A DNA stretch of 64,000 bases from Takakia lepidozioides (Eukaryota; Plantae; Bryophyta): positions 5,828,001 through 5,892,000 of the forward strand of contig CM060732.1 in the NCBI GenBank assembly GCA_030704615.1, written 5' to 3'. Made by a program: the position numbers and the translations under genes. A model generated the notes under the pieces. The model made no database searches, was not told where the DNA came from, and saw only the letters and a program-made list of their open reading frames with translations. Below, one piece after another: positions 23,401-36,900 of this stretch (the stretch's first letter is position 1; every line of letters begins with the position of its first letter).

Positions 23401-26115
23401 AATGGTTATCGCCCATTGTGATAGTACCCAACAAATGGAAAACTACGAGTGTGTGTGGACTATCGCAAGTTAAACGCAGGAACCAAGAAAGATCTTTTTC
23501 CACTACCTTTCACTGAAATAGTGTTGGACATAGTGGCTGGACATGAAATGTACTCATTCATGGATGGGTTTAGTGGGTACAACCAGGTACAGATGGCAGA
23601 AGAAGACCGAGAAAAGACCGCATTCATCACTGAATGAGGAACATATGCTTACAAAGTCATGCCATTTGGACTTTGCAATGCACCAGCCACATTTCAACGA
23701 GCAGTATCTGAGATATTCGAGAACTATCTCATGATTTTATGTAGGTCGTTTTGGATGATTTCAGTGTCTTTGGACAGAAATCCAAACTTTGGCCAGTTAA
23801 ACTTTGCCTACAAGCCTGCAGAAACAATGGAGTAAGTCTCCAACCCGGAAAATGTACATTCTGTGGAATTCAGGATTATTATTGGGACACATTGTGTGCC
23901 AACAGGGAATTTTTGGTAGATCCAAAGAAGTGGAGGTTTTATCCAAAAATACCACCACCAGAAAATCCAATAAAACGCAAGAGATTTCTGGGACAGTCGA
24001 GCTATTACAGAAGGTACATGGACAAATATGCTCATAGAGCGGCACCAGTCTATAGACTGCTAAAGCAAGATGCCGAATATCGATGGTCTCCAGCTTGCCA
24101 GGAATCATTTGATTCACTAAAAAGGCACTCACAGCAGCACCAATTCTGATAAATCCAAGATGGGATTTACCATTTCATGTACAAGATGGCATCAGCATTG
24201 CGTTGGAGCGGTTCTAGCTCAGAATGTGACAGCACAATAGATGCCACCAATCTACTATGCAAGCAATTGTTGACAGCAGCAGAAAAGAACTATAGCACCA
24301 CAGAAAGGGAGCATTGGCAATGATTTATCGTGTTCAAAAATTTGGCATTATTTACTTGGCAATCGCTTTAAGTTTTATTGTTTATCATCAGGCTGTAGTT
24401 CTTCTAACTCGACCACTAACTAGTGGCAGGTTGCTCGATGGTTATTACTTCTTCATGAGTATGACTTTGAAGTTGTTCATAAACCAGGAGATTACATGTT
24501 ACAAGCAGATCATCTGTCAAGGATTACTACAGGAGAAACCACCAGCCCGGGGGTAGAGGATCAACTTCCCGATGCATTTTTGTTTGTTGTTCAACAGAAG
24601 CACCAGATGAAGAGTACAGATTCTATAAATGCTCTGGAATGTTTCAAGGAGACTATCACCTGCCAGATGCTCTCAAACTCATGGACGACACGGATGAAGA
24701 TGAAATTCATCCGATGAAGATGAACCTCTTGATGAAGGACTTATTATTGAAGAAGAGCCAGATCCACAAGAAGAAGATGACAAGGAAAACCGAAGAAACA
24801 AAACAATCAAGAATTGGCCAATCTCATATTGGAGCTTATACAGTTACCAAGAAGAATCAAAGATATTCAGGATCAAGATCAAGATGATTGGCAATGGCCA
24901 ATCAAATACTATCTGAACACAACACAGGATTTTCCTGAAGTTCACCAAAGATGACAGGAGGAAGCTTTCAATGAAAAACAAGCCATACACATTAATCAAA
25001 GATGAATTCTGCACAAAAGATGAATTGACTCCATAATGAGAAGATGTGTAAACAAAGACCAAGCCAACACAGTAATGCAAGAACTACACGAAGGAATTGC
25101 CAGGTGACACTTCAGTTCGGACCTACAAGCAAAGAAAATATTACTAGCAGGCTATGGGGGCCTATTATATTTGGGAGATACTTATGAACACTGTCAACAG
25201 TGTGATGTCTGCCAGAGGATGGACCGGCGAACGAACGGGAAGGGGACTCTGCACCCAATACTACCAGATAACCATTTCAGCGTTGGGGCTAGACTTCGTG
25301 GACCCATTAAACCTCCAGCAAGGTCCACCAAAACCAATACATCCTCATAGCCACTTACTACACTACCAAATGGGTAGAGGCCAAGGCCCTAGAGACAACA
25401 CTACCAGATCAACAGCCAAATTCTTATATGAAAACATCAATCACACGATTTGGTTGCCCACCTGGATTCGTCAGTGATCAGGGATCACACTTCATAAATG
25501 ATGCTATAAAATGCTTGACGAGGAGTTCATGATTGTACATCACAAGAGTACTGCTTACTATCCTTAAGGAAACGGTCAATCCGAATCTACCCACAAAATA
25601 TTTGCACTATCTTAACCAAGATAGTAAATGCCAATCGTACAGATTGGGATACCAAATTGAACAAAGCACTGTGGGCATTCAGGACATCATACAAGGTGAC
25701 CACGAAGCCATACACCTTTCAACTGGTGTATGGAGGCAGAGGCACTATATACCCATTGAATGTATGATACCCACACTACAACCAGAAACTCATGAACGAT
25801 GGGGCTTAGAAGAATCATTTACGGTCAGGGAATATGAATTATTCCATCTGGAAGAAGTCGAGCAGATCCCGCGATAATATGGCACGGATCCAGGAACAAC
25901 GAAGAAAAGATATCCGAAGGGAAAGAGAAATCTTTCCAGGATGGGGATATTGTATTAGGTTACCAAAAATCAAGAAGATCAAACTGGGGGGCGGAAAATT
26001 GAAAATGCCATGGATGGGACCATTTCAAATCAAAAGGGTACATGACAATGGAACTGTTGATTTTGCAAACCTTGGAACAAGAATTCGTGGGATCGAATTA
26101 ATATTAACAAATTAA
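20463..26115 (+). pseudogene. gag-pol, frameshifted
   Basis: gag YDGKSDPDIH, WFINGL, CDICHMNNH knuckle; protease VLIDGGSGVNIM; RT CVDYRKLN, DGFSGYNQ, MPFGLCNAP, LDDF; RNase H EKNYSTTERE; integrase LDFVDP and KLKMPWMGPF. Confidence 0.92.
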
Positions 26116-26254
26116 AAGGCTACCAGGGATACATGACAAAACCCTTATACATGATTTATACCCAACGAGAAAGATCAAACGAAGAGGAGGAGCGCGAAAC
26201 CACCAAGCCTACTACATTCATCACGACACGGTGAATTAGCATGTACTAAGACAA

Positions 26255-29200
26255 GTGGCAACACGAATTCAGGGCACCACGACGGCTAGACCACCATTTA
26301 TCTGGAGGACAACATTACCACCCCGTATACCGTATGGTGAACCGTGGCCAGCACATATGCCCTACAGAACAGTGAACGAATGCGAAACGGCCAACGAGTC
26401 ACTGCTTGTGTTAAATTCCGAGATGTACGCTTTAGATCACCCCACCGACAGTGGTAATCATACACCACTACCCTTCGATCATAACACAGAGGCGGAACGA
26501 CGGCGCAATCCAACGGATTGCCAAAAGACGGCGGACGATAAGGGCAAAGCCATTAAACCAAGCTACAAGTACTGCGCTAACGCCGCCCGTCTAAAAACGG
26601 ACCACATACCAAAGTGGATGAACACAACTCAGAGGGATGAACATAAACTGACCGAAACTGGACAATCATCAACGACCATCAGTTTTAAACAAAACAAATC
26701 ACGAAGAAAAAACCAACGGAAGAAAATCAAGCACAAAAGAGATGAAGTTTTCTCAAAACCGTTACCTGAGGCTAAATGCTTCTTGGTAAGCCTGGGCCCA
26801 ACAATTAAAGCTAACCACGCTTTAAACCTAGGCAACCAGCAGGACAAAATTATCTCCACGAGAACCTCGAGAGAAGTTAGAGGAGAAACCTACAGAGATG
26901 AACCCCTACTTAAACCCATGAGCGAACTCCTCACCTTCTCTTCCGCAAACTGGAAATTGTTGTATACACAACTTCCAGTGTGCTTCATACTTCTTGTGAT
27001 ACAGGAATTGGTACTCCAATTCCTTACAGCAACCGCGAGACTAAGAGAAATGGCAGGCACCAAGCGGAAGGCACCAAGTTCTTATGCGCAAGTCAATTTC
27101 AAAATCAGCCCAGCGTTGCGGAAGATTGAGCAGGACACAGAGACACAGGAGACGTTGGACAGTCTTGGCCTGCGATACTTCATCACCACGATGGACTGGA
27201 ACCTGAAGCACGACAAGCTATGCAGGGAGTTCTTGGAGAATTACAACACCAGCACTCGGAGCACAAATGTCCACGACACGCACATCCTGCTGACAGATAA
27301 GTACTTGGCGGAAGTATTTCACCTTCCCAGTCTGGACGTACCACCGCACACCGGCAAACCTCCAAGGTTTGTACTTGCAGATTTGTTTGAGAATCTCAAC
27401 CAAGCAGATCAAGGCTACACATGCAGCCACAGCAAAAACCATGGCTTCAGGAAGATAGCTCCAGTATTTAGCACATTGCTTTGCCTCAGGCAAAACCATA
27501 GCCACTGTACCAAGGAGCTAATCGACCAAGTGTTGATTTGCTTCAAAGGGAAAATCGTGAATTGGGCAAGCTTCTTATTGAAGAAGTTAACTCAAGAACT
27601 GACCAGGTTGACAAAGAAGAAGAAGGAAGCGACTGTTACCATGGCAACTCCATTGTTACTCCACATGATTCGACACATTGTACACCTAACGGCCGAAGAG
27701 CAAGCAACGTTGGGAATCATGCAACGGGTAGATACAATGGAGGAAGAAGGAAGTGAGACGGCAGCATGTCAGGAAGAAGAAGAGGGTGGACTTGCAAAGA
27801 GAGCCCGGATCAACGAAGCAACCACAAGTGCAGCAGTAGAGGACATCATCAACTCGACGGCTGATTCCCCAGTACAAAGAGAAATGGAGAATCAACAGCC
27901 AGAAGGAGGGTACAAACCACAGACCAACGAAGCAACGCCCATGGAAATTAGCCATGGCAACACCGAAGCACAACAAGCAGCACACACAAAGGCCACACAA
28001 TCAGAGGAGGGAGACATAGTGGCGCAGCAACAGCAGATGGTGCAACAGGCACCCGACCAGCAGCACCAGATAGTACAATAGACACCCGATTAGCAGCAAC
28101 AGCAGATGGTGCAAGAGGCACCGAGTCAGCAGCAGCAAGACAGAAATTCCAATTTGGAACTACTACTAGCACAACAAGTTTTAGATACAACAGCATGGGA
28201 CACAGGGTTGGAAGAAGCACCACAAAATGTCATTCTGTAGGCAATACAAGCATTGGGGCAACTGACAGTTTGTATGGACAGGGCCAAGGATTACATCAGT
28301 CCGGAAAACCTGAACATGATCTTAGACCACATCAAAGAGAAGCACCAGAGGGAATTGGTCACTGCAAGAACAATATGTAACCATGAGGTTACAATTGCAG
28401 CATTAGAAGATCAAAAGTCAACCTTACTCCGCCAATACAACACATTGGCACAACGCAAAGATGAGTGGGAGCAAAAGTGGGAAAGACAGAGAGACGAAAC
28501 ACACCATGTCCAAGCCGACCTCGATGCAGAGCAAGAGAGATCTCGAAAAATAGAGACAGGGGTGGAAACACTCACAGGGCAGGTGCAAACATTAAAGCAG
28601 CAGGTGGAGACACTCAAGGAGCAGCTGAGGACTGCCAGAGATCAGGGAACCAAGTGGCTCAACAGCAACACTGCACTGCTGAAGCAAAGGGAGAATGCTG
28701 AGAGCAGGTTGTTTACCGCCACCACAGAAAGAGACATTGCCATGGACAATGAACAAGAATGGAAGCAGCAGCTGGAGAAGCTGACATTGCAAGCAGGGTT
28801 GGATGCAACAGACGCAGCCTTAGCCAGAGCCTGGTTGAATGAAGGGAGTGAATTGGAGATGAAGAAACTCAACAGGGCAATGGTGAGGCACATGAAGTGC
28901 CAGTTGGCGAAATTGGTGACAGACATTCATGATGAGTTCCTGCCACCAATTCCAGAACAAGAGGAACTCATGGACGAAGAGGATCAAGAGGAGCAAGATC
29001 ACAAACGAGAGACACCAATACAACAACAACAACAACACCAACACAAACACCACCAGCAACACAACCACCACCAAACCAACAGACACTGGTACAGGCCACA
29101 GCAGGGCCTCAAGAGGTAAACCCTGTAACACTACCAAGTGTCCTGGTAGCATCAACTTCAGTAGCAGTGGATGATTTCCAAATCATGCCATGCAAGCAGG

Positions 29201-29988
29201 ATGTGGAGTGGTTAAAGTATTCAGAAGAATACTTTAAAATGATGGTAGTACAAGCCCACCAAATCCCAGAAATACTGGAGAAGATTTTCAAAACCTTAAC
29301 TCCCTGCAAATCATTGGGTCAATTGCATCTTCTCAATCAAACTCTTATTCCTCTGAGATATAGGATGAGACCACTGGCTAAGGAGGAGACATGGTCAGGG
29401 GCAGAATTGGTTGAATTCTGGCGCCAAGCTCCTTTAGAATACAAGGAGCTGGTAGCTTACATGTGGGCAGTGGGGCAATTGAAGATTAGTCCTACCCCGG
29501 CAGTAACCTTCGTGATAGGATGCCCAAGTTTTTATATTGGCAGTTACTTGTACCGCATGTTCGTGACAATGAGGGGAAGCTGGCAGCGCTATGAGAATAT
29601 TGAAAAAGATACTCACTGGGAATTACCCAAATTCCACCCACCAGAGAGAGTCACATGCACTTCAACATATATGAATAGGCCACTTTATGCTGAAGCATGG
29701 CGCCAGGCGAAGGACCACTTTTCACCATTGGTATTGGACAGAGACCACCCTTTCAGAGAAACAGGGGTCCAAGCTGTTAATTGGTTAATGGGCAGCAGGG
29801 CAACAAAACACATTATACCCTGGACCAAGGAGAAGCTGCAAACCTACCGCGAAAACTTGACCAACAAAATCGATATGGTACGTGGGGACGGGATAGCAGA
29901 ACTCCCCGATGAAAAAAGCTGGCCTACTCACAAACCAGAGGAACAACCAGACAGTGACGATAACAGGAACAAGAAGCTGCCACCATGA
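26255..29988 (+). CDS. Sense-strand accessory ORF(s) downstream of pol (608, 288 and 273 aa; probably one broken gene starting MAGTKRK at about 27049) with a central coiled coil
   Basis: Long open frames between integrase and PPT; homologous blocks found in the element at 35-38 kb. Confidence 0.7.
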
Positions 29989-30505
29989 CAATCCTGGGAC
30001 GCACTTCCTACCTCGCAGACAGGCATGCCACCACCTTACATCCCCAAGAGATACAGCAAGTACAGGAACTGACAAAATTGTGCGGACACAATTTCAAAAG
30101 AGGGGGGGGGGAATAAATGATAACGGCTATGCTACGAGGGACAGACAACGAGGGTCGCAACGGGACATACTGGGTAGTGATGGACGTACACTACCCAAGC
30201 CACGGGCAGAGACGGCTAAGTACGCGGTACTTAGCCAATGGCGGGACAAGGGTACATTACCACGAGAGCAGTAAGGGGTAGTGTAGTAGCCGTGAGCCGT
30301 GAACCACGATATCATACGGTCACGATAGCATCGGCTTTAACCAATAGAGGGAGTAGTGGACCATTTACCACTATGGCTCACGACCACTACAACGAGCCAC
30401 TTTTAGCAAACCTTTTAGGTTGCCTAGGTAGTTAGGCAAACGATCATTAACGACCGCAGGCTGTAACGGCTCTTTCGAGCATAGTATAAAAAGACTACAC
30501 GCAAC

Positions 30506-31355
30506 CACTACAATAGATCGCGGTATTTATGACTGTATATATGACTATTCTGCAGTCATAAACAATACATATGACTTCTATGACTGTAAGTCGTGCAAAC
30601 CAAGTCAATACAATGAGTACAGAATGGTATGGTCCGGATGACTACAATCATATGAACCAAATGACATCTCTCACTGCAGTCATATATACCATACTGCAGC
30701 TGCCGCTGCCGCGCCACGTGGCGAGGCGCAATTGATTTAAAAAATTAAATTAAATTAAAAAAACTTTAAAAAAAAAAAAAACATATGTCAAACGCCGCGT
30801 CGCACCGCATTGTGCCATGTGGCATAATGCATTTATAATAATGAAAAAACCACGTGGCAGTCCATCTAGGGTACCACGTGCTATCCCTAGCTCGTCTACC
30901 AACCCTAGGGTCATCTTATCCATTTGATTGTACTTAGAGGAGTTTGAACCTGCAACCTCTTTACTATAAGAGTTATAGTTCACTACCTGTTAACCAATAC
31001 ACCCATTAGTCATTTATATGATCATATGGTGTTTTAATTGTATTATACACACCAAATTACAAAATCCCCAGTAGTCATCATGACTATGTAACCTCATCCA
31101 TGTACACTGTAGTCATGGAAATGACTATAAATGGTGAGCTAAATCTGGTCAATTGTCGTTGACCAGCCTTCCGCCCATTCCGGAGCCATGTAATCATACA
31201 TACGACTATTTAGATAGTCGTTCATATGACTACAGTCGTATGAACGACTGCGGGAGGTCAGTTTCATATAAAAACATGGTGCAGTCATGGTCAAAGTCTA
31301 GAAAACCATGACTACCACGGTTTGGTAGTCATAACTACCGCGATCTGTTGTAATG
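30506..31355. mobile_element. Non-autonomous CACTA element inserted in the 3' LTR
   Basis: TIRs CACTACAATAGATCGCGGTATTTATGACT and AGTCATAACTACCGCGATCTGTTGTAATG; 3-bp TSD AAC (30503-30505 and 31356-31358); many subterminal ATGACT/AGTCAT motifs. Confidence 0.93.
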
Positions 31356-31989
31356 AACTTAGAGGGTGTGCAGTATGAGTATCAGTGATCAATGTGTATT
31401 TAGATGGACTCAGAGTGATTCTGTGTACTTCTGTGATGATGTGACGAGCTCTGAAGTAAAGCCATGCTATTCGAAGTATCTCTGTGTAGAGTGAACGTGA
31501 GATGGTGAGAATGTGTATCATCTCAGAATAGTTCTTGTTTTCTCTTTACTACCATCTGCTTGTATGAACCAAGAGGCTTCAGTCCTTTCAACTAAGATCT
31601 TTTATGCTTAAGAGACTGTAGATTGGTCTTAATCAATAGGATTAAGCAGTCTGCAAGGATATGACTTCATCCAACGTTCATGGTTTAGCTATCCTTAAAA
31701 CGATTACTTCGTAATCGTTTCTGAAAGCATACCATCGGATAACCTCTGTTGCATGTCTTACGAAATGGGCAGTAGTGTTAATAGCCTGATTTGTCTAAGT
31801 CATAAACCAGCGGTTAACAGATAGCTTGATAATCCTCTATGGTACACCTTCCGAAGGATTTACTAATGAGCAGGGAGAGGTTACCCTTTTGGAGAAGGAG
31901 TCTGGTATGCACTCCCTAACGGGGTGAGTGCATACCACACTCACTCCGTAAGGGCCTGCCATACCAGGGGTTGGTTGGTGGGATTCCCT

Positions 31990-32464
31990 CTCTCTCCCTC
32001 TCTCTCCCTCTGGAAACTGGGTTTATGGAATTGTTGTCCCGACTTCCATCTTTGAAAAAATTGAAAAATTGGGTTGCAGGGAATTTTGGATGTTTTTTCA
32101 TCCAAAATACAATTTTTTTCCCTAGTGAAACATTTCTTCACTAAATACCTATGAGTTGCAAAACTCCCGTCAGTTTTTATTTTTTCAATCCAACCTGGAT
32201 GAAAAAAGGACTTCATCTGACAGGACCTAAATACGGGGCAAGACAGGTATAGAAAAGATGTTTTAAACCCCCGATGTTTTTCATCTAACCTAGATGAAAT
32301 GCGGACTGCATCCGTCGAGTTCAAGACAGGATGAACGCATGATGTCTTTCATCTTCCGCGAATGAGAAACGGACAACGTCCGTCGGGCGTACAGGCTGGC
32401 GGATGTTTTTCATCCTGAGAATGATGAATGACGGGCCAGACAGGGGAAAACCCTGCGCAACCCT
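31990..32464 (+). repeat. Near-identical copy of 17180-17651 (upstream region of unit 5)
   Basis: ctctccctctggaaactgggtttatgg...gggaaaaccctgcgcaaccct present at both sites with few differences. Confidence 0.92.
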
Positions 32465-32469
32465 TTCCA

Positions 32470-33770
32470 TGGCTCTGGCTTATCGTGGATCTGGCTTACC
32501 ATGGATCTGATTTTTCAGAACATAGTAACTAACATAGGCTGGAACAGATTGACATCATGAACCTGCTGAGAACTTATGTGGGTACCTTCATAGTTCAAGC
32601 AACTGCCATACCAAACAATTCACTGCCCGTGCAATATGTACCTTGAAAGAAACCAGCAGTAATCTTCCGAGTCAAAACAATATGCAAGGGTTTTCTTTAA
32701 AAACACTGGGATGTCCAAGAGTACACCATGGTACTTTTTAAGTTAAAACAGCAGAACCAGATCTGTTTTGCTTCAAGGAACAGCTCCAAAGACCATGTTT
32801 GGTAAGTTTACAGCGCCAGTACGCCATCTAAGAATCCCATCACTATGAAATGGTTGATCGTAGAGTAAATTGGGGATGTTTCAAGGCCCAGAGCATTAAA
32901 CTCAAAGAGCTCTGTAGGGTATCATAAACCAATCAGCAGAGTAGTTCCATACAGCCAAGGGTTCATATAGATGTTAGGGGTTTGTGAGGAAACCAGCATA
33001 CACCCCATGTGGCTCTGAAAACACAGTTGCAGGTTCGAGCAATCTAAGTTAAAACAACATACATGGGCCTGTTTTACACTTGAATGGAAGTTTAAAGCAC
33101 GTCCCTGTGGAAGCAGCATTCGAAGTAGTAAAGTGCCGCAGGGAAGTATGCAACATTATTCCCTCTTCTCTGCATCGTCCATATCATCTGCAAGCTTCAC
33201 AAATCAAATCAAGTGATGTCCCTCACCTGCGCCCGTCCCAAAAACCATCACAAATGACAATTTGTGTGTTAGTGAGGCTGTGCGAGGTGAGTTACAGGAC
33301 ATCACACTTGCTATCGATGTCAGAGATGATTCCTAAAGCAAGCATTAGATGAAAAGACAAGCAGAAGCAACATTTTCCAAAAACCTTTAAAGTTTGTGGA
33401 ATGAAAGTACTCTGTGACATGGCATCCAAGATCTGGCATTCAATCCAAGCAAACACAAAGGGTTTGCTGAAGGGTAGAGAGGAGCTTATCAACACCATTA
33501 AGCTTCCATAGATCCTATAGGGCGCCGCTGCAGCATAAACGAACAATGACCAATTCTCCATAAAGCACGGCAGCAGCTTGTCTGCCAGTTTGTGAATTGA
33601 AGATACCAGCATAGGAGCAGCAAATTCGGTTATAACCGCACCTCCCAATGAAATTGACAACGCGGAATCAAGCCGCTAAGTCGTCAAGCCGCCATCACGC
33701 AGCTCCAGGGAAAAACCAAAGCCCAAGTGTCGGGTTGTTAGGTTTAGAGAGGTGATCAAACACGCACCCT
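32470..33770 (-). ncRNA. Structured non-coding repeat unit 6 (subfamily B), putative, 3'-truncated
   Basis: Central domain 33185-33343 with a perfect GTGATGTCC/GGACATCAC stem; palindromes 33774-33950; 3' domain absent. Confidence 0.5.
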
Positions 33771-33962
33771 ACGATTTCATCCGGTCTGGATGAGAAATCG
33801 CATGTAGCTGATAGGTCATTTTCGTGGGATTTTATCCACTAGAGATGAAATTAGTAGGTTTCCAAGATATCATCCATTATGGGTGACAGGGATGAAAAAC
33901 CAACCATTCATTAGGTTTAAACCATAAGCTCATATTCAGGATAGATGAAATTTCGAACCCCT

Positions 33963-36900
33963 TGTCGAGCGGCTTTTACTCACCCATCCCTTCGCTATCC
34001 GAGGTGGAAACTCCAAGATAGAAGAGTTGGATATCTCTAAGCACTCAGCCCGCTCAGTACAATCAGTCATGACCTGCAGCTAGTGAATCATGGTTGTGCT
34101 TCCCATTTGTATTCCTTCTTGCCTTCATGTTATCAATTTACCTTATCTGATACTGAAGCATCAGATTGCTTCAGTATCTACTTAGTTCCAGTTCATCATG
34201 CATTCATTTCACAGCTTCCCTCATGTCTCTCTACACAGTGTGCTTGTATCGAATAAGTATCAGATTATGATTTATTAGGTACTAGGCCAATGTCAAGGTG
34301 ACTCTAATCCGCCCTACAGTATCACTACAGCTCTACATGTAATAAGCATCTACTGTTCATCTTTTCTCCTTCTTTGTCCTCTCCTTCTTGCTCTACGCCT
34401 GATCTCCTCTTTTCATCACCAAGAAACGCTCCCCGTGAAGTGTCCCTTCTTTCTGTTGCCGCTCCCCTTATCTGCCCGCAAGCTGTTCTAACCACCTAAC
34501 TAATTAACCGTCATCCCTGTAGTAACACGTTCCTTCTGGAGATGTCGTTCCCTCACAGTCGTTCCCTGTCAATGATAACTGTTCTCCATGTACTGTGACA
34601 GGCTGTGTCAAGTTGTGCCGAGCTGTGACTGGCTGTGTAAGGCTGTGTCGGGCTGTGACTGGCTGTGTCGGCTGTGTCGGGCTGTGCGAAGCTGTGGCAG
34701 GCTGTGACTGGCTGTGTCGGGCTGTGTTGGCTGTGTAACCCCCCTAAAGCTTGCTGTTGCCACCTCTAAGGCTCCTGTTGGTCTCAGTCTGCGCAAAAAT
34801 TAAGGGTACCCCACAGAACCCGTAAAAGCGTCTAAGTCCCAAGCAGCCCTCTAACATTTACCCCTCCCCCTCTCAAAAAGCCGTGTCCTCACGGTTTACT
34901 GTTTGGGATTAGCAAACCTTTGTGAGCGAGCACCCTTCTGATGGTGAGAGTCTCGTGAAGGACTCCGTGTGCGAGCCCGAATCCTGTCACTGGTTGACGG
35001 AGATGATTGAGCACTACCTGGAAATGTCTGACCCTCCTTTGGCTGATAACGAGGTAACCTCTCAGACATAGGAGATCCTCATCGTTTCTTCTCTGCCATC
35101 TGAAGTGCAGAGTCCTCTGCCATGTCAAAAGAGTCCGCTGAAGAAACAGTAGTATCAGAATCCTCGTCTCCCCTTAGGTGTTTTAACGGCCGAACTTTAA
35201 GTGGAATCCTGTGTGGCATACAATGTTGTCCAACCATATCTGGAAGTTTAAATTGTACAACTTGTTGTAAGTGCTGGCACGCAAAATTAGTGAACGTCCT
35301 AAACTCCTTATCTGTATAGGTAAGAGGTGTGCCAATGACTTGGGAACAGTGCAAGTATTTCCATGCCTCATGTCCCTTAAAGAAAATATCCTCAGGGCCG
35401 AATTTCTGTGTTGTCAAATTGTTCCAAGCCGAATGAAACCATGAACGAAGTTGGGAATCCTTCTACATCATAACTTTTGCATCATATAGGTACATATGAG
35501 GTGGCACTGAAGGTAAGACCCAATGATCCCCACTGGAATAACTCAGAAATTGCGATTGCATCCTCTACTGCTCAATGTGATAATGTGCCAGAAAACAAGC
35601 AGCATAGTATAATCCACAGCCCAGGACAATACTTGATACCTCCTTGGTTTTGGTATAAATGTACTCATGTACAACTTGGAAGGCAATTAATTCCTTCAAT
35701 ATGGTACCTGCTTCAGACCAGTACCTCGCAAAGTGATGATCCTCAATGGGTCGATTGTTCGGAAGAACCTTAGTCCCAATCACCACTGGCAGCCAAATGC
35801 GCATGATCTGGTAGTAATGAGCCAACGACTGTGGCGGACTAAATTCCTTCCAAGCCAAATCCAACACAATTGGAATTTGGTTGAAGGGCATAATCATAGC
35901 CCGACTGTACTCCCATGCAGCAGGAGTCTTAGGTGGGTTAAAAGCAGCATCCCCCCATACCTCAGGCTGTGGTGTGGCTGTAGTAACAACAGGGTCAGTT
36001 ACCTGCACAGTCACTTGTTGTGGTATTGGTACCACTGGCATCTTCTGCACCCCTTGCGAAGAAGACTGAAAAATTAGAGTTCTGGCATGTAAATAAGTAG
36101 CCATCAGCTGCTCCTCAGGTACAAAGACTCTCTTGTCAATATTTGAACTCAGGTCATCCACCTGAGTCTGCAGGCCTTCTACATCCTCCTGTAGCTCCGC
36201 TATCCTACTATAGACATTGTCTATAGTAGTTGTGGCAATGTTCTGCACCTGCAGTCTGAGCTCATTCATCTCGCCCTGGGTGAGCTTCCGTGGTGCTTTG
36301 CCTTCCACCGGCCCTTGTGCTAACCAGACCTACATAAGGTGGTTATCCACCAAGTCGTGTGTGGCACCCCTGTGAGTCTGCTCCTCTATGAGCCTGTACA
36401 CATCTAACTGCTGCTATAAAGCCTCCATGCGCTTCGCATGAGGTTCAACCAAACTCGCATAGGCAGCAGCCAGATTATTGGCTTCCTTCCAAGCCTTGTT
36501 AGCCACAGAGAGTTCATTTCTATTGACCATGACTGTTTGTTGCAACTCCAGGATGTACCTCTCTTGGTCAGCCTCAACCTCTCTGTATTGCTTGAAAGTA
36601 TTCTCATTGCGATAGATTGTATTCTTCATATCAACAATGAGTTTCGCCTGCTCGATTATCTCTGCTTCTGCCTTCATACATCTCTCCCCTTGTCTGTTAA
36701 CTTCTAATGCAGTTTGCTCAAGAGTAGTTGTGAGTGTAGCACATTGTATGGTCATCCTCTCATATACTACCTGCAACTCTGTATGTAGTGCATTCACTTC
36801 TTGCAACTTGCCCTCATGCTTCACCTGCATTTGGTATAACTGTTGTTTATGTGCTTCGTGCAACTGGTCTTGTGCGAGACCTGCTTCAATCAAATGTCCC

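Larger units (their letters stand above)
19508..31819 (+). mobile_element. Non-chromoviral Ty3/Gypsy LTR retrotransposon (Athila/Tat/Ogre-like grade) with extra 5' and 3' ORFs
   Basis: Truncated 5' LTR 19508-19863 matches 31464-31819 (about 10 mismatches in 356 bp); PBS tggcgaccatactgggga at 19866; gag-PR-RT-RH-INT order; PPT 30097-30114; 3' LTR 30118-31819 (TG...CA). Confidence 0.95.
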
